63,174 nt of DNA, filler included, from Choristocarpus tenellus KU-1152 (GCA_964200185.2; 10 parts of 10 records of this genome joined end to end with filler, not necessarily neighbours in it); one strand, 5' to 3'. Numbered from the whole stretch's first letter, positions 25,490 to 39,058 are shown. Notes: generated by a model from the letters alone, not told the origin. Translations and numbers: made by a program.

Positions 25490-25900
25490 CTCGAGGCTTG
25501 TCACAGTAATAACTACCGTGGTATGGAGTACCATATTTGGGTAGTAATTTCACTGTAATGTAGAAGTTTGGCGACGGTAGTCACTACCGTATCGTACCAT
25601 GGTAATTCCAAAACCCTCCACATTTACTGTCAAAAACATTCAATCGTAATTTTTATTATCTTGCCCTCAGACATTTTCCAGATGTGTCAGGGGGGAAACC
25701 AATGAAACCTATACACATTGTCAGTATAAGCCCTATAATATATATGTCGTAATCTCCCTACCATACCGTACCATGGCAATTCCAGAATGACTATACTCTT
25801 ACTAACCAAAAGCTTCAATGGCAATCGCCACCGTACCTGAAGGTGGAAATTCCTGAAATACCATAAACACCTCCCGTACCAAACGTAAATGACTTGCCGT
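25490..25900. repeat. TACCG/TACCA motif-rich segment, DNA-transposon subterminal-like
   Basis: Recurrent CTACCGT / CCGTACCATGG(T/C)AATTCCA motifs; contains a family C arm. Confidence 0.45.
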
Positions 25901-26341
25901 ATTGCTGCCTAACCGCACTACTTGGATATATTACTGTACCTTATGGACGGATAGATATGGGAAAGTTTATTTGAAGCAATATGAGTTTTGTAATCGTGAC
26001 GTGACAATTCCAAGTCGTAGATTGGTAAAACAGGTGACATAGTGGCTAAGGGGGAAATAAAAGGGTAGGGAGGGTAGACGATGGGGTTAATTAGCGGAAG
26101 GCCTCGAAGAAGACTGGATATCCTGTAAGTTAGAGGGAAAGGAATGGATAAAAGGAAGATAGGTAGGGAGTAATCGATGGAACAGAGTCAAACCAATTGA
26201 GACGACCATTTTGTATATTTGGAGAAAAACCTTTCCTGAATTGTGGTGTCACTTTGTGTGTAAAAAAGGGGGAATATCAATTTCAAGTCAACTATGGTGC
26301 ACTCAAATCGATGAAGTAGTAGAGTGTATTGCACAGGGTAA

Positions 26342-26473
26342 GGCTGAAAGTATCTGAGGGGGGGGGGGGGGGGAGGGGGTCTACACCAGGGTGTCCATTC
26401 GGACCCTGACCAGGAAAAGTGCGCTTACGTTATCGATCCGACACATGCAACCAAATCACGCAAAAATCGCGAC
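26342..26473 (+). mobile_element. MITE family B, truncated by contig end
   Basis: GGCTGAAAGTATCTGAGG(G)n..CACCAGGGTGTCCATT..AAAAATCGCGAC, collinear with 32146-32324. Confidence 0.88.
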
Positions 26474-26573
26474 NNNNNNNNNNNNNNNNNNNNNNNNNNN
26501 NNNNNNNNNNNNNNNNNTTAATTAATTAANNNNNNNNNNNNNNNNNNNNNNNNNNNNNNNNNNNNNNNNNNNN
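26474..26573. other. Artificial contig linker
   Basis: N44-TTAATTAATTAA-N44. Confidence 0.98.
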
Positions 26574-26602
26574 CCCCCCCCCCCCCCCAGATACTTCGGG
26601 CC
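26574..26602 (-). mobile_element. MITE family B terminus at contig start
   Basis: (C)nAGATACTTCGGGCC. Confidence 0.7.
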
Positions 26603-26605
26603 TTA

Positions 26606-27708
26606 CTCCCTCTACAATCTGTTCCACACAATAAGGAATTAATCGAGTCATTTACATACACAGGTCTTGGGAACATCAACTTCTTTTTGGAAGCCAGTCC
26701 TCTCAGACCAGCAGAAAGTCAACAGGGTGGGTCTCGTTATCAGTCGCATGCACAGGAGTTGGGTAGTAGGGTGTTAGTGGGCGATCTATACGACCGGGTA
26801 CATGTAGATGAGAAGTGGTTTTACATCCTCAAAGATGGGCAAGGTGTGTGCCTGCACCCCAATTAGGACCTCCCCAAATCCCCATGGGCACAGACTAAGC
26901 GTTTCATTACAAGGGTGGTCTTTCTTGCGGCTGTTGCCCACCATGAAAGTTCTCCTGCAGGGTGTGGATCAATGTGGGAAAATCGAGATTTGGCCAATCG
27001 TGGACACTAAGGTCACTTAGTGCCCCAGCAATCACCGCCCCAAGGGCACCAAGGTACTTCTGCCAGCCATGGTAGACCGGGAGAAGTATAATAAGTTCAT
27101 GGTCGAGGATGTCATCATGGCAACCAAGGCCCCATGCCTAGACTGGAAGGACACAATATCATCGTGCACCAGGATAGGGCAAAGTCACACACCAAGAGGG
27201 GGATCATGGCGCCAATAACGGAGGTGGGGGGGATGACATTGTCATAGAGACCCAGCAAGCCAAATCACCCGACCTCAACGTCAACGACCTGGGATTCTTC
27301 ATTCCGTCCAGCAACTGAAGGAGGATGGGGGTGTGACCAACACAGAGGAGCTGGTGGAGGCCACAATGGAGGCGTTCAATATTTATCCCCGGGACACTCT
27401 GGTAGAGCCTCTTCGCAGACTACAATGAAGTGCTGGGGCCCAAAGGTGGCAACCTCTTCAAAATTCATATCTTAGCAAGGAAAAGGGTGAGAAGGCAGGC
27501 ATGCTCCCCCCGAATGCCCCAGTTGATAAGGCGAAATACTGCGGTGGAATGGAGTTGCGGTGCAGGCTACCTCAATTTGCTTGAGATTTTGATGGGGAAC
27601 CTTTTTGTGTACACAATACACCAATAAAATATGAACTCGGGGAAAAAGACTTGCTTCTTCATCAGGGCTATATAATGTTATATTACATTAAATTCCGAAT
27701 GGAGGAAG
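26606..27708 (+). mobile_element. Plant-type (DD39D-like) mariner transposase pseudogene, 5' part deleted
   Basis: VHVDEKWFYI, KRFITRVVFLAAVA, GKIEIWPIV, HQDRAKSH, SPDLNVNDLGFF with frameshifts. Possible Stowaway-like ends TA|CTCCCTCT ... GGAGGAAG|TA; boundaries tentative. Confidence 0.88.
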
Positions 27709-29055
27709 TATCATTTATCCCAAAACCTAATTACTGCCCATTTTCACTGGTTACAAGGGTATCGATACACAACAGGCACCGTCCATGAGCCTCATAATTA
27801 GTCTATAGGCTTGTGGATTGGAACTACACACCCTCTTAAGGTAAGTTGTGGGAGTATTTGTAGCAATCACAAGCGAAACAAACAGGTTGCATGGCTTGAG
27901 TCTGGAACAGTGAATGTGGGGACAAAGTAAAGGACGAAGGAATTTGAGGTTGAACAGCAATCAAGGATCGTTGTGGACGTTTCTATATAGTGACAATTTC
28001 CTGTGTGTATTTGGTACTTGGACGGTGAGAGCTTACCTACATAAATGGACTGGCGAAGATATGTCATCGACTTACTATTGATTGACCTTGCGTTTTTTGT
28101 TCACATGCTGTATATATCTATGAAGAAACGTAAAAATACAGATACATTTTTGGAGAAGATGTAATACATGAAGGATGGAATATTTTAAGTTTCCTTTTTC
28201 GGAGAAAAGATGTTTAGCACATTTGATTATAGTAGGTAGGGTTCATGGAAATTTTACTACTTAAACATTTCCAAAGACAAGAACTATCAGTGATAGAGGA
28301 AGCTGGAAGCTAGCCCGAGTGTGTCAGAGGTAGATAAGAGATACAGGCACACAATTAAAAATGTTGAAGGGTGTTTGTATTTTGTGCTCTACATACTTGT
28401 ATTGAAGATAATGAAAGCATCAGATGATATGTGATTAAATAAAGTAGGAGTTGAACATGAAATCGTTCTTTCCAGAAATGATATTTCCAGTGTTTTGGAG
28501 AACATTATGAGAAAAGTCTAGTTTTCTAGACTTGTCATGTGGAAGTATATAGCAAGATCAGGACGCTTGGCACTTCTGGATACAGGGTTCTTCAAGACGA
28601 CTGTCAGTGGGAGTGGTAGTACAAAAGACCCTACCAACTCACTTCCAATGTTGACCAAGTAGTTCAATTTCAGTAGAGAGACTATTGGAGAAAGGGTAGC
28701 TGTGTGGGCAAATTAGATATCAATCAAGTATTATACATCAACAATCTTCTAGGGTATGCCTATGGCCGTCAGAGTTTTGTTAGGCTGTCCTTGACGATCT
28801 GTTGTCTCCAGAACCAGTTGTATTATTGTTTATTAGCTTGTATCAGAGTTGAGAAGAGAATGAGACACCATCACCAAATGGGGCTTACTAAACCTTACAG
28901 CTAATAACTCAGAATATCAAATAACCCGACAGTTCTCTAGAACACTTCAAAAACACTCCTATTCTAACATTCCGCGGAACTTCTTCCGGTCAAATATACC
29001 CTATCTCAATACCCTGAATTTTCCGCATCATCGTTTGTGTGTACATCCAATATGA

Positions 29056-29272
29056 CTTCGAATCTTATTCTCACAAATGGACAAGCATGATCTTGACACA
29101 TACCCCTGCTCTAACCACGCAGTGAGGATCAAATCAGTCCAAAATAAAATCCCAACATCAAATCAACTCAATCTGCATACCTCGAGTCTTATTCCCACAA
29201 ATAGACAAGCTGATCTTGACACACTCCCCTGCTCTGACCATGCAGTGAGAATCAAATTAACTCAATCTGCAC
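29056..29272. repeat. Imperfect tandem duplication (~125-bp period)
   Basis: TCTTATT..CACAAAT(G/A)GACAAGC..TGATCTTGACACA..CCCCTGCTCT..GCAGTGAG occurs twice. The minus strand resembles a polypurine tract/LTR junction (GCAGGGGAG-TGTGTCA). Confidence 0.7.
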
Positions 29273-29677
29273 ACTACCCCTTAGTCACAGTGCATGATAG
29301 TTCTAGAGTGGAATTCAAAAACGTTACTGCTCAAAGCCTTCGTAAACAAATCTTCATGTTGTTCTCATTGGAGGTTACGTATACATTCTGTTTCTTCCCC
29401 TCCTTGCTAAATCACACAACCACACATACTTAGCCTCAGCGGGAGATATAAAGTAATAGTCTTCTGCATTCGAGACCAACAGTTCACACATGCACCCCCA
29501 AACATTACCGCTCCACCAGACACAGAAAAACTTGAAATCTCACAATTGGCGTAGTTCTGCATCAGCATAGTCAATGAGTTGGTCCTTAGGTGCATCATCA
29601 TAAAGACTGAAATTACATAAGGTCAAGCCCCTCTTAGTTGTCCACAACAAATTAGCAATCGCTCTTTCTGCCCCTTT

Positions 29678-29934
29678 GAGTGAAAGTATCTTAGAGGGTA
29701 CGAGGTTGCCCTGTTTGTCCATTTGGCGCTTGTCTTCCCATGTTTTTTTCATGACATTTTCCTACTCCAAAATATGTTGGAGTAGATAAAACGTATACGT
29801 TATGAAAAGGTGTGTCCGGAACAAGGATATTGGAACTTCCTAACACACACAATAGCCAAAATTACATCAAGATCGCAACATTGGATATTGGCCCCCAAAT
29901 GGACGCAGTCCTACCCTCTAAGGTACTTTAGCTC
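29678..29934 (+). mobile_element. MITE family A, complete
   Basis: Both TIRs present; 4-bp TSD CTTT. Confidence 0.92.
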
Positions 29935-30309
29935 CTTTCCAATCCATAACTGTGGGATTCACGCACTTCATCGCTAGGCTCCTTACCGCAGATGCTACAT
30001 CTGGCCTGGTCATGACTGATACCCACATTTATATACCACCAATCATAAATCTGTAGTCATCCGGAACAGGTGCCTCCTGCTCCATTCTATTTGTCCTTCC
30101 AATTGTCCTATTCCCGCGTTGGACGTCTGCACTCTCCCTTTCCCATCACCCTCCTTAGCTCAAACAACTCTTCAGAACTGACAAGGTACAATTATAGATC
30201 CTAGGAGGCTCCTCAGGGTCAAATCCTGTATGAGAAGATTACAACCAGCTACTGAACTCACTGAAAAATAAATCCAAACTCAGCAAGAAACAAACCACTA
30301 AACATAGTC

Positions 30310-30690
30310 TAAATTTAGCAAAGTCCCTGCATACCTCCAAAAAGATTATTCTACTAGAGGCTTAGTCAACACATCTGCATGCTGCTCATCTGAGTTAACA
30401 TGGACAATCCTTATTTGTCCATTTGCTACCAAGTCCCTTAGGAAATGATGTCGCACATCTATGTGCTTAGTCCTGCCAGAAATCAAGGGTTGTTAGCCAA
30501 ATGGATGGCTCCTGTGTTGTCCTCATACACTACATAACACGACCCAGCCCTATCAAATTGTAAGAACTCCCACACACCTAGCAGAAACACCTCCTTCACG
30601 CAGTCCCCCATGGCTATGTATTCTGCCTCTGCAGTCGACTGTGCTATGACACGTTGGGTCCTAGAAAGTCAAGCAGCAACTGTTGCTCCC
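30310..30690 (-). mobile_element. Ty1/Copia RNase H remnant
   Basis: QSTAEAEYIAMG..YEDNTGAIHLANNP..RTKHIDVRHHFLRD..QHADVLTKPL, with a frameshift. Confidence 0.93.
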
Positions 30691-32145
30691 CCAGACATTT
30701 ATCTTTGTGTTGTTGTAGCCTGGCTGTTTTGATGAAGATCGTATCAAAATAACGTATGGAAGGCCTCTCCGTTTTGACCTGCTCTAGAGTTATACTCGAC
30801 GGATTGCTGTCATCGACTGGAATGTCCAACATACCTGCTCTTCACCACGAACCCAATGGTTACCATCGGCTCTGATTCGTTCAACGGGAAGATATCTTTT
30901 TAGCTAGTGCTCACTTTGTCACAATTAGTAGTGCATGTTTTAGCAAATGTACAAAATCACAACGTTGCTCTGAATGGTGTTAACCGACTCTGCAATTAGC
31001 CCAAGTAAACAAGAGGTACCCAAGTTTCGAACGTTTTGCATTTTAAGCCAATTATTTCATCTTTCGCATTTCACCCTTGTTTTTATGGATGAAGTGCCAA
31101 GACTGACCTGAAGGCGTTAATTTCTCAATGGTTACCTCTTATTTACATTGGCTCAGTATTCCACCGAAGAAGGTCCGAACTACTTCATTGGTTCAAGGCA
31201 TCGCGTCCAACCTTGATCGTACTATATGCAATAAGTCACTACTATTACACTTCGAAGTACAACATACAGAATGTGAATTTACTATGGGTAGAAACTAGAA
31301 ACCATATTAACATGTTGCAATCCAGTCACGGATGTGTGTGCATAAGTGTATAATCCTTGAGAAGGCGCAAATAATAACATTATGATCGTGTACAAGAAAA
31401 CAGAACAGTGAGTTGCATCACAGCAGAAGAGAGATAAACCAAAATGAACGAAGATAGTCAGTTTGTGGATAATGGTTGACAGTGTTTACTTACTGAGTGT
31501 AAAATTTGAGGAATTTCGAGTTGTAGGAGAGGCATCATATAGAGTCTCTGGGCGGCTAAAAATCCTGCTCTTGAGGCCAGTCAGTGTAGAGCATTTTTTG
31601 CAATGAAGGCATGGCCGGCAATAGAATGTCTTTTCTTAGTTAAGCAAGGTTACAAAGCTCTTTGTGGGAAATTTTGAGGAAGACACAAGTGACATACATA
31701 CTATGAATAATAATAATGTACCTCTACGGGTACAAAATAGTGGAGTGGGCTGATGTTATATTTTTGGGGAGAAAACCAGAAAGAAGGTGTAAAACAGTTT
31801 ATGTTACTACCAATAGCATATCTCATACCACTAAACCAACTCTCATACCCCTTCAACAATTTGTTGACGGGAAATTGAAGTTTGGGAAAACGATGCAACC
31901 CACAACATAACCTCCAGGCATATTTTATGCCCTGCTAACCATATTGTCAGTGTTCCAGAATATACTACAAGATTTGATTCGATGAGGACTGCCTTGGGTG
32001 AATCCTTACAGTGATAGGTTGGCCGTTCAAACACACGGCCATCGTCTCAACAGGTGCAAGGTAATAATAGCTGATCTCAAACTTTAATGTCAGATCACGA
32101 ATGTGTCTATTTTGCGACGTTGTGCTTTTTTAGTTGCATGCTTCT

Positions 32146-32324
32146 GACCCAAAGTATCTGGGTGCGGGCGAGGGGGTGTACACCAGGGTGTCGATTTGGA
32201 TCAAGACCAGGAAAAGTGCACTTGCATTATCCATCCGACATATGCAACCTAATCACCCAAAAATCGCGACATAAAAATTTGACTCCAAATGTACAGCCGC
32301 CATCCTCCCCAGATACTTTGAGCC
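32146..32324 (+). mobile_element. MITE family B, complete (179 bp)
   Basis: GACCCAAAGTATCTGGG ... CCCAGATACTTTGAGCC; 4-bp TSD TTCT. Confidence 0.9.
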
Positions 32325-32896
32325 TTCTTGCGTAAATTGGGTTGTCCATTTGCGTCTAACACTTGGGGAGGTGAAAGGTTGAAGAGTCATCGAAAACAAA
32401 TTTATGTATGTATGTATGTTCTTGCAGGAATCAAGCAATTCCTAATGAAAAGGGAATGTTTATGAATTAATTTGAGTTTGTGGACGGAAGAATTCTAGTT
32501 GGAGGGAGGCACAGGGGAAGGAAGAGGATAATAGGGAGAAAACTAACAATTATCAAGAGGGTGAATGAAGAGTTAAGTACTGAGTGGCTAGGAGAGGGAG
32601 GAGAGAAGTTAAAGAAATGATCGATAGATGGAGGCACAAGGGGAGACGGAATGGGCAGTATTGAAAATAATACCAAGGGCTGGTGGTACAAGACGATGAG
32701 GGCTAGAACAAGGCAACCTCTGAGCAAGTATTCCCTTCCACCCACCCTGTCACTTGCTTAAGACCAATGGGGATGCTGGGAAAAGAGAGGGGAGGTCAAG
32801 TTCGGGCGGGGTAGATGTCTTCTAGCTCAAAGGCACGGTATGAAGTGGATGGTGAAGGGGTGTTCTTGGATGATCGTCGAGTGTTGTTGAGTGTTA

Positions 32897-33035
32897 TGGG
32901 GTTGAATGGTAACTGGTGAAGTGGTAAATGGGGTGGGGTTGAGTGGAAGGGTAACTGGTAGGGGGTTGAGTGGAGTGGTAGCTGGTGTGGGTTGAGGGGA
33001 GTGGTATCCTGTGTGGGGTTGAGTGGGGTTGAAAG
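32897..33035 (+). repeat. Degenerate G-rich ~25-nt tandem repeat
   Basis: About 5 units resembling GGGGTTGAGTGGA-GTGGTA-CTGGT. Confidence 0.7.
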
Positions 33036-33039
33036 GTGA

Positions 33040-33248
33040 GGGGGGTGACTGGAAATAGGTGACGAAGGGGGTTCACACTGGTTGGTCATCAGATGTGGGG
33101 GTGACTGGAAACGAGTGGCGAAGGGGGTTCGCCCTGGTTGGTCATCAGAGGTGGGCGTGGAAATCAGTGGTGAAAGGGGTTCGCATTGGTTGGCCATCAC
33201 AAAGGGGGGGGAGGACGGGAAATCAATGGCGAAGAGGTCACACTGGAG
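33040..33248 (-). repeat. ~56-bp minisatellite, reverse orientation
   Basis: GTGACTGGAAA..GTGGCGAAGGGGGTTCGC..CTGGTTGGTCATCAGA, about 4 units. Confidence 0.85.
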
Positions 33249-33348
33249 NNNNNNNNNNNNNNNNNNNNNNNNNNNNNNNNNNNNNNNNNNNNTTAATTAA
33301 TTAANNNNNNNNNNNNNNNNNNNNNNNNNNNNNNNNNNNNNNNNNNNN
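33249..33348. other. Artificial contig linker
   Basis: N44-TTAATTAATTAA-N44. Confidence 0.98.
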
Positions 33349-33424
33349 CACCCTCTGAGGTGAAAGAGTTCAGTCCGGTGATTGTGATTGCCCCCTTGAG
33401 CAAAAAAGAACTTGACACTTTCAC

Positions 33425-33426
<2 letters not shown>

Positions 33427-33477
<51 letters not shown>
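33427..33477 (+). repeat. (TAT)17 microsatellite
   Basis: Perfect trinucleotide run. Confidence 0.97.
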
Positions 33478-33478
<1 letters not shown>

Positions 33479-33504
33479 TAATGTTTGCCACCCCCATTGT
33501 ACAA

Positions 33505-33780
33505 TCAGTGCGAACCCCCTTTTCCACTAATTTCCAGTCACCAGCCACATCCGATGACCACCCAATGCGAACCCTTTTCCACACTTATTTCCAGTCACCA
33601 CCCACATCCGATGACCAACCAGTTTGACCCCTTCGCTACTGATTTCTAGTCACCAACGACATCCAATGACCTACCAGTTTGACCCCTTCGCTACTGATTT
33701 CCAGTCACCAAGGACATCTGATGGCCAACTAATGTGACCACTTCGTCACTAATTTCCAGTCACCAAGGACATCTGATGAA
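33505..33780 (+). repeat. ~55-bp minisatellite, same family as 33040-33248
   Basis: ACCCCTT..CACT.ATTTCCAGTCACCA..ACATC(C/T)GATGACC, 5 units. Confidence 0.88.
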
Positions 33781-33961
33781 TGGGTTACTTTTCCTATCTT
33801 CCATTGTAACGAACGCGCGATTTTTTGCGCGACAATGCGCGGAAAACGTGGATGGCCTCGCGAGGGTTATGAAACCCTTCTTTTCCTCACATACAAAAGA
33901 TCCTCCCCAACATCTTCAGACATACTACACTATCAATAGGTGTTTGGGAAAAGCGGTCACA

Positions 33962-36900
33962 ATGACGTTGCCCACCCCAGGCCTATCCAGTGATCTCAAC
34001 AAGGTATGCTCCCGGCAGAAGAAGAATCTTGTCGCAACTCTCAAAGCAATAGATGGGCTACAGGCAAAGTTGAACAAGACCCAGGCAGATCTTGCTGGAG
34101 TTGATTCGGGACTTGCTCAAGTTGATCAAGAAGGGAAAAAGCGGGAACTACTGACAACGCTTGACCATGAGTGTAAAGAAGCTGGTGTGCTCGAAAGCGT
34201 AGGGTCTGAGCACAAAAATTATCACGCTACAATCTCCAAGCTGGCAAAAGCCATCGAGAAGGTGAAGTGTATGGTTTTGTAGGGAAATTAATGACGGGGT
34301 AGACAGTGGTCGTGGTGAGCGGTAAGGATCTAGTTCGGTGATATTTATGAAGTGGTATAATGCTAGCATCTCAGGAGGAGGAGACCAGCAAAGATGACTT
34401 TCTGTTCACGTGAGTGGAAAATTATGCTCTGCTTTTCCAATGATCACTTTTCCATTGCTTCCACTGCAAATGTTCAACTCCGACTACCTATCTTCTGTAG
34501 TTTACAATTTTGTAGAATACCTTTTGTTGTATTGTCGTATTGCAGAGTCTGTCGAGACAGAAGTCGCTGGTCAGAGATTTCGCCATTCTCTATGTTGTGA
34601 ATTTCTAACTCACCAGCTACCGAGATGGCAAATGAGCTTCTAAGGAGAAATGCTTGGATGGTTTGGTGAATTCCCTTCGATCGGGAATGTATACTTCCTA
34701 TGGATGTTGCACTATTACATTAGAGAAGCTAAGCGTGAACTGAGCTACTTTGAATTCTCACATTATTTTTGACTTGTCCTAGTGCAGGGACATATTTTGA
34801 GCTTCATGCCGCAAGTCGAAAATATTTACAAAGGGCTGGTGCAAACCCAAATGATAAGGATTCGGGAAAAGCAAGGAAGAGAGGTTGATCCATCGGTTAA
34901 AGCAAAGTATAGTGGGACAGAGCCAGATATGGGCCGATGATGACCTTTGTAATAGGAAGTATGAAGCGACCTGAGGGGGCTGAGTCCAGGTTTTCCAATA
35001 GAGTTATGAATCGGCACCAGTTATATTCGTTAAATATTTGTGCAGATTATGCTGTGTTGGTGGCATTCTGCGTTTGTACTCCACTGATAACATCTGCAAA
35101 ATGTTGCCATCTTATAATACACATTTTTTGGTGACCTTTAGTTAATGACTTCGAATTTGGGGGGGTGATTATTTGATTTCTCTGTGCAGATCGCAAGCTG
35201 TGTGCTTAAGATTCTTCAAGGCACAATTATCACAACTGTATGAAGGAGTTTGGTCAAGGGTTGGACAGGGGTACGTTTAATCCCTGTGCATGTAGATTGA
35301 TCAGCCTATTGTAGGAAGGGGCATGAAGGAATATGAGATGAGGATGGTCTATGCTACACGATTTTCACAAAGGGTGTAGGCACAGGTCAGACAATATTGC
35401 ACGACACAGAGCCCACGCCACAAGCTCAAGAGTGACTGAGAGCTTATGTTCAGGGCAAAGACTCCGTGTGTCCTTACCTCAAAATCTAGGTTTTTACCCA
35501 CAACTCATACAAGGTTACATCATAGATGTAGTTTAATCTTCCTCAAATCACTGTCAAAATGAAGATTTGTGGTCTAGTAGTACAATTACTCTCAGCAAGA
35601 GAGCCTTGAAATATCTGGAGAAGAAGTTTTGACCATTTTTCCCTGACCATTTTATTATTTAACTTTAATGATTTAACTTTTATGATTTAACTTTCTGGAA
35701 ACAGTGGCATTTTCAAAGTTGATCTGAGTCCAGTGCTCCAATCATTTCTCGAAGAGTTGTTGGCTAGATGAATATTAACACTGGCAGCCTGTTGGGGCGG
35801 AATGATTCCGGAAAAAAGGACGGAGCTATTTTTGTTGGATCTGAAATCTTCTGACTTAATGAACGCTTCTTTGTCGATGTTTTTTGCGTTACCACTCTTT
35901 GTTAACACCACTCTTTGTTAATATTGCGACATGTCGTTGGTGGTTATTGTGAAAATTGTGATGCATAAACCGCACGCAATCGGAAATGTTTGCCTCCGAT
36001 GGGGCTTCTCACACTTGGAGAGGGTGGGCTTGGTTCTTTTATGGATGTGCACGGGTGCCCTTGCACCAGGACCCAAACAATCGATTGACTTGGTTCAGCC
36101 AGCCCTCAACAATGTTCTTAATCCACAAATCCAGTCGGTTTATAAGTACAGATTTCTTTGCATGTGTTGTAGGTCATTATGCTGCTGGAAGGGCAAGGTA
36201 CTTTGACCTCACAGACCTTTTCTTCTAGTCAGAGGTCCTGCAATTCACCTATATTGAAATACTACGTAGTATTGTATTGTCGCTACAGAGGACACCCCAA
36301 CCTTCTCAATGCTGACACTAAAAACATCTCACACAGCACAAGTCTTGAAACAGTGCTCAAGGAAGTTGTGGTTCCTTGCACACTATTGGTGAGGATGAGA
36401 GAATGGTTATCTCCACATTCAATGCCCATGTTCACCTTTGGACAATCCAGTCCGGACAGGAGGGTAGATTTACATACAAATACCAAGGAGATAGTTTGAA
36501 CTTGTTGACTTTGTCCTACTTCCCTCCCCCGCTCCCATCACCCCCAGAGGCTCGCGGTTGCAAGGCTTGTGGACTGGTTGTGTGTGCCATCTTTTTCAAC
36601 AGGCTCCTGTTGGTTTAGTTGTAATGGTCAATCAATATTCATTGCTCTCCCACTGCCTTCAGCAATTTGGCACAGATGTCGAGGAGGCAGGCCGGAGTGC
36701 AAAACTGGACGAGAAAGTGCTTCATGAGGTCATCACTGCCCACCTATACCGCAGGGGGTCCTTCAAGGCTGCAGCACAGTTTGCCAAGGTGTTTGCTATG
36801 TTGTATTTAGAGTGTGTCCATGGTCTTTGAGTCTTTCCTCTCCTAAGGTTGACTTGTCTTTTCATACCAACCTACATTTTTTTCCGTGTCCTGATTGGGG

Positions 36901-37875
36901 GTGTTGCCAGTCGGCAGGATATCTGCTTGAACAGTTCCTTGAGTCAGTCAGTCACCGCATCTGCTTTTAAACTCTCACACACATATTATGTCGCTTTTGA
37001 AGTCTCCACAACCCTCATTTCATGTTTGGCATTAGTTTATGTCAAAATCTCCTAAACTCAATGGACATCTTTGCTATTATGCACACAGTCACCTCAACTA
37101 TGGTGATCTACACCCACCTGTTTGTGTTGTGAATTGCACCCAGACTACATACAAGTACTTTGAAATATTGTGGTTGGATGTTTTTTTCTCATCCCCAGTG
37201 GATGACAAATCCACCCTTCTAAACAATACAAACATGTGTGTGCTTGGTGTGTTGTCTTTGCCCTGGTCCTGTTGGTGGGTCCACATTTCAAATTTGGTCA
37301 CAGGATTTGTCGGTGAATGTACAGACTTCAATGTGTGAGGTGCTAATGGAGATGCACAGGGTAGTTAGGGCACTTCGAGAGCGAGATCTTGAACCAGCAC
37401 AAAGGTATGGCATGCTTGAGGGTGGCACTCAATGTGACACCATACCGTTCTCATTGAGTTACAATGTAATCTCATTTTGTACGTTTGTGCATGTGTTGCC
37501 TTGATCCTGTATTGCCTTGTCAGTGCATGTGTTGCCACTGTGAGATGATTCATGTACATGGTATGTGTGCAGATGGTGAAGGTGGTGAAGGTGTATTCTG
37601 TGTGCTGCACAGGAGGTCACTCGTATCACCTGTCTCCCTTTTGGGAATTGTGCTGAATGGATGGGAACTGCTTCCAAGTATGGCCATGCCCTCAGCAACA
37701 ACAATTGCGGGGAGTGACTAGGGTTTCACTTGTCAATACATATCAATATGCTGTAATGTCCCCCTGCTGCTTTCCACCTGGTAGATGGGCGGAGGAGCGT
37801 CGGTCCTCCCTGGATAGCATTAGCAGCACCCTCATCTTTCAACTCGAACGATTGAAGTTCATTGAAATACTTCAG
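33962..37875 (+). CDS. RMND5: GID/CTLH E3 ligase subunit RMND5/Gid2 homolog, 3'-partial
   Basis: In-frame GT-AG exons 33962-34261, 36663-36788, 37304-37404 and 37785-37875. HKNYHATISKLAKAIEK; LisH-like VLHEVITAHLYRRGSFKAAAQFAK; CTLH-like MHRVVRALRERDLEPAQRWAEE..STLIFQLERLKFIEIL. CRA and RING exons not found in the contig. Confidence 0.87.
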
Positions 37876-39058
37876 GTGGGAAGAGTCGATATTCAACCAA
37901 GAGTGCTCTTGTAGCCAGAAGCAGCTGAGCTACTCAGTGTGGGTAGATGAAAATGAGTTAAGAAGGTATAGACTCCCTTGCGGAGTCCTTTCCAATCTAT
38001 CTGTCCCCAAAGCAGTATTACGGCAATGTGATGTGCATATGCCATGACGTCGTGCCCTTAGCCTTAACACTCCCACAGTTGTACGGTTTTGAGTGATGTC
38101 GTACAATGACAAAAATCAATGACGGTTGAGGGCTGTGTTTGGTAGATATTTCTATTTTTTTCAGGCGATGATGACAGGTATAGAGCCGTGATATTGACAT
38201 TAACATCTCTTTTTTGGTAGGGGGGGGGGGGAGGATGGTGGAGGGAAGGAACTGATTGTGGAAACAAAATGTTGTGAGTTGAAGCATTAAAATATTTTGG
38301 GCCTTTTGCACCAAATGTTCAAAAGGTTAAAAGTGCGCAAGTGGTTAAAGGCCTCCTTGCTATTGTATTGAATGTCTTCACTGTAAGTGGGAGTATAAGT
38401 GTGGAGTATTTGTTGGTACAGCCTGGAAACAAGGACATTACTTAGTGCATTGAATGGCAGTTGTTAGGAAGTACCTTGCTTCAACATTTAGGAACCCAAG
38501 CAATAGCCAAATCAAACTTACAATGGGAATGAACAATATGCTGCTGTCGGTGAAGTTTACTAACTCTTATTAATTCTTGTTTCTAAGTGTGTGAAGGCTG
38601 TTGGTTGTTGAGAAGATCGATAATCCCCCAAGCAGTGCATGTTCGCATGTATATATTTATTTTATTTCTTACGTGGTGTTTGTTGTGTAGGTATACTATA
38701 TGTGTGTAGGCTCTGAGTCACCCCTTGCGAAGGGGTTTGCTGCCTAAGATGCTTGTTGTTAATTGTAGTGAGAGTGCAAAAGACCTTTGCAGTGTATGAC
38801 CATTACACCATTACATCAGCACATCAATATATCAATACATTAATACTTTAATACAGAGGGGGTGGGAGTGAGTTCGGGAAGGATACTCGTTGATGCCATT
38901 AGGTTGGTCTAATGTTTGCTTTTAACCTATAACATCATCATAGGAACGGGTACCATGAGCAGAGAGGGGACCAAAGCAGCCCATGCAAAATGTGTGCAAA
39001 TCTTTTTGTTTCCCCCCCCCCCCCCATGCCTATTGTCCTCTGGTAACTGTCATCCCCT

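Noticed and set aside
32897-33035. Telomeric repeat
   Set aside because: No tandem TTAGGG or TTTAGGG; a degenerate ~25-nt unit.
32467-33627. Pro/His-rich and poly-Tyr ORFs
   Set aside because: Translations of minisatellites and the (TAT)n tract.
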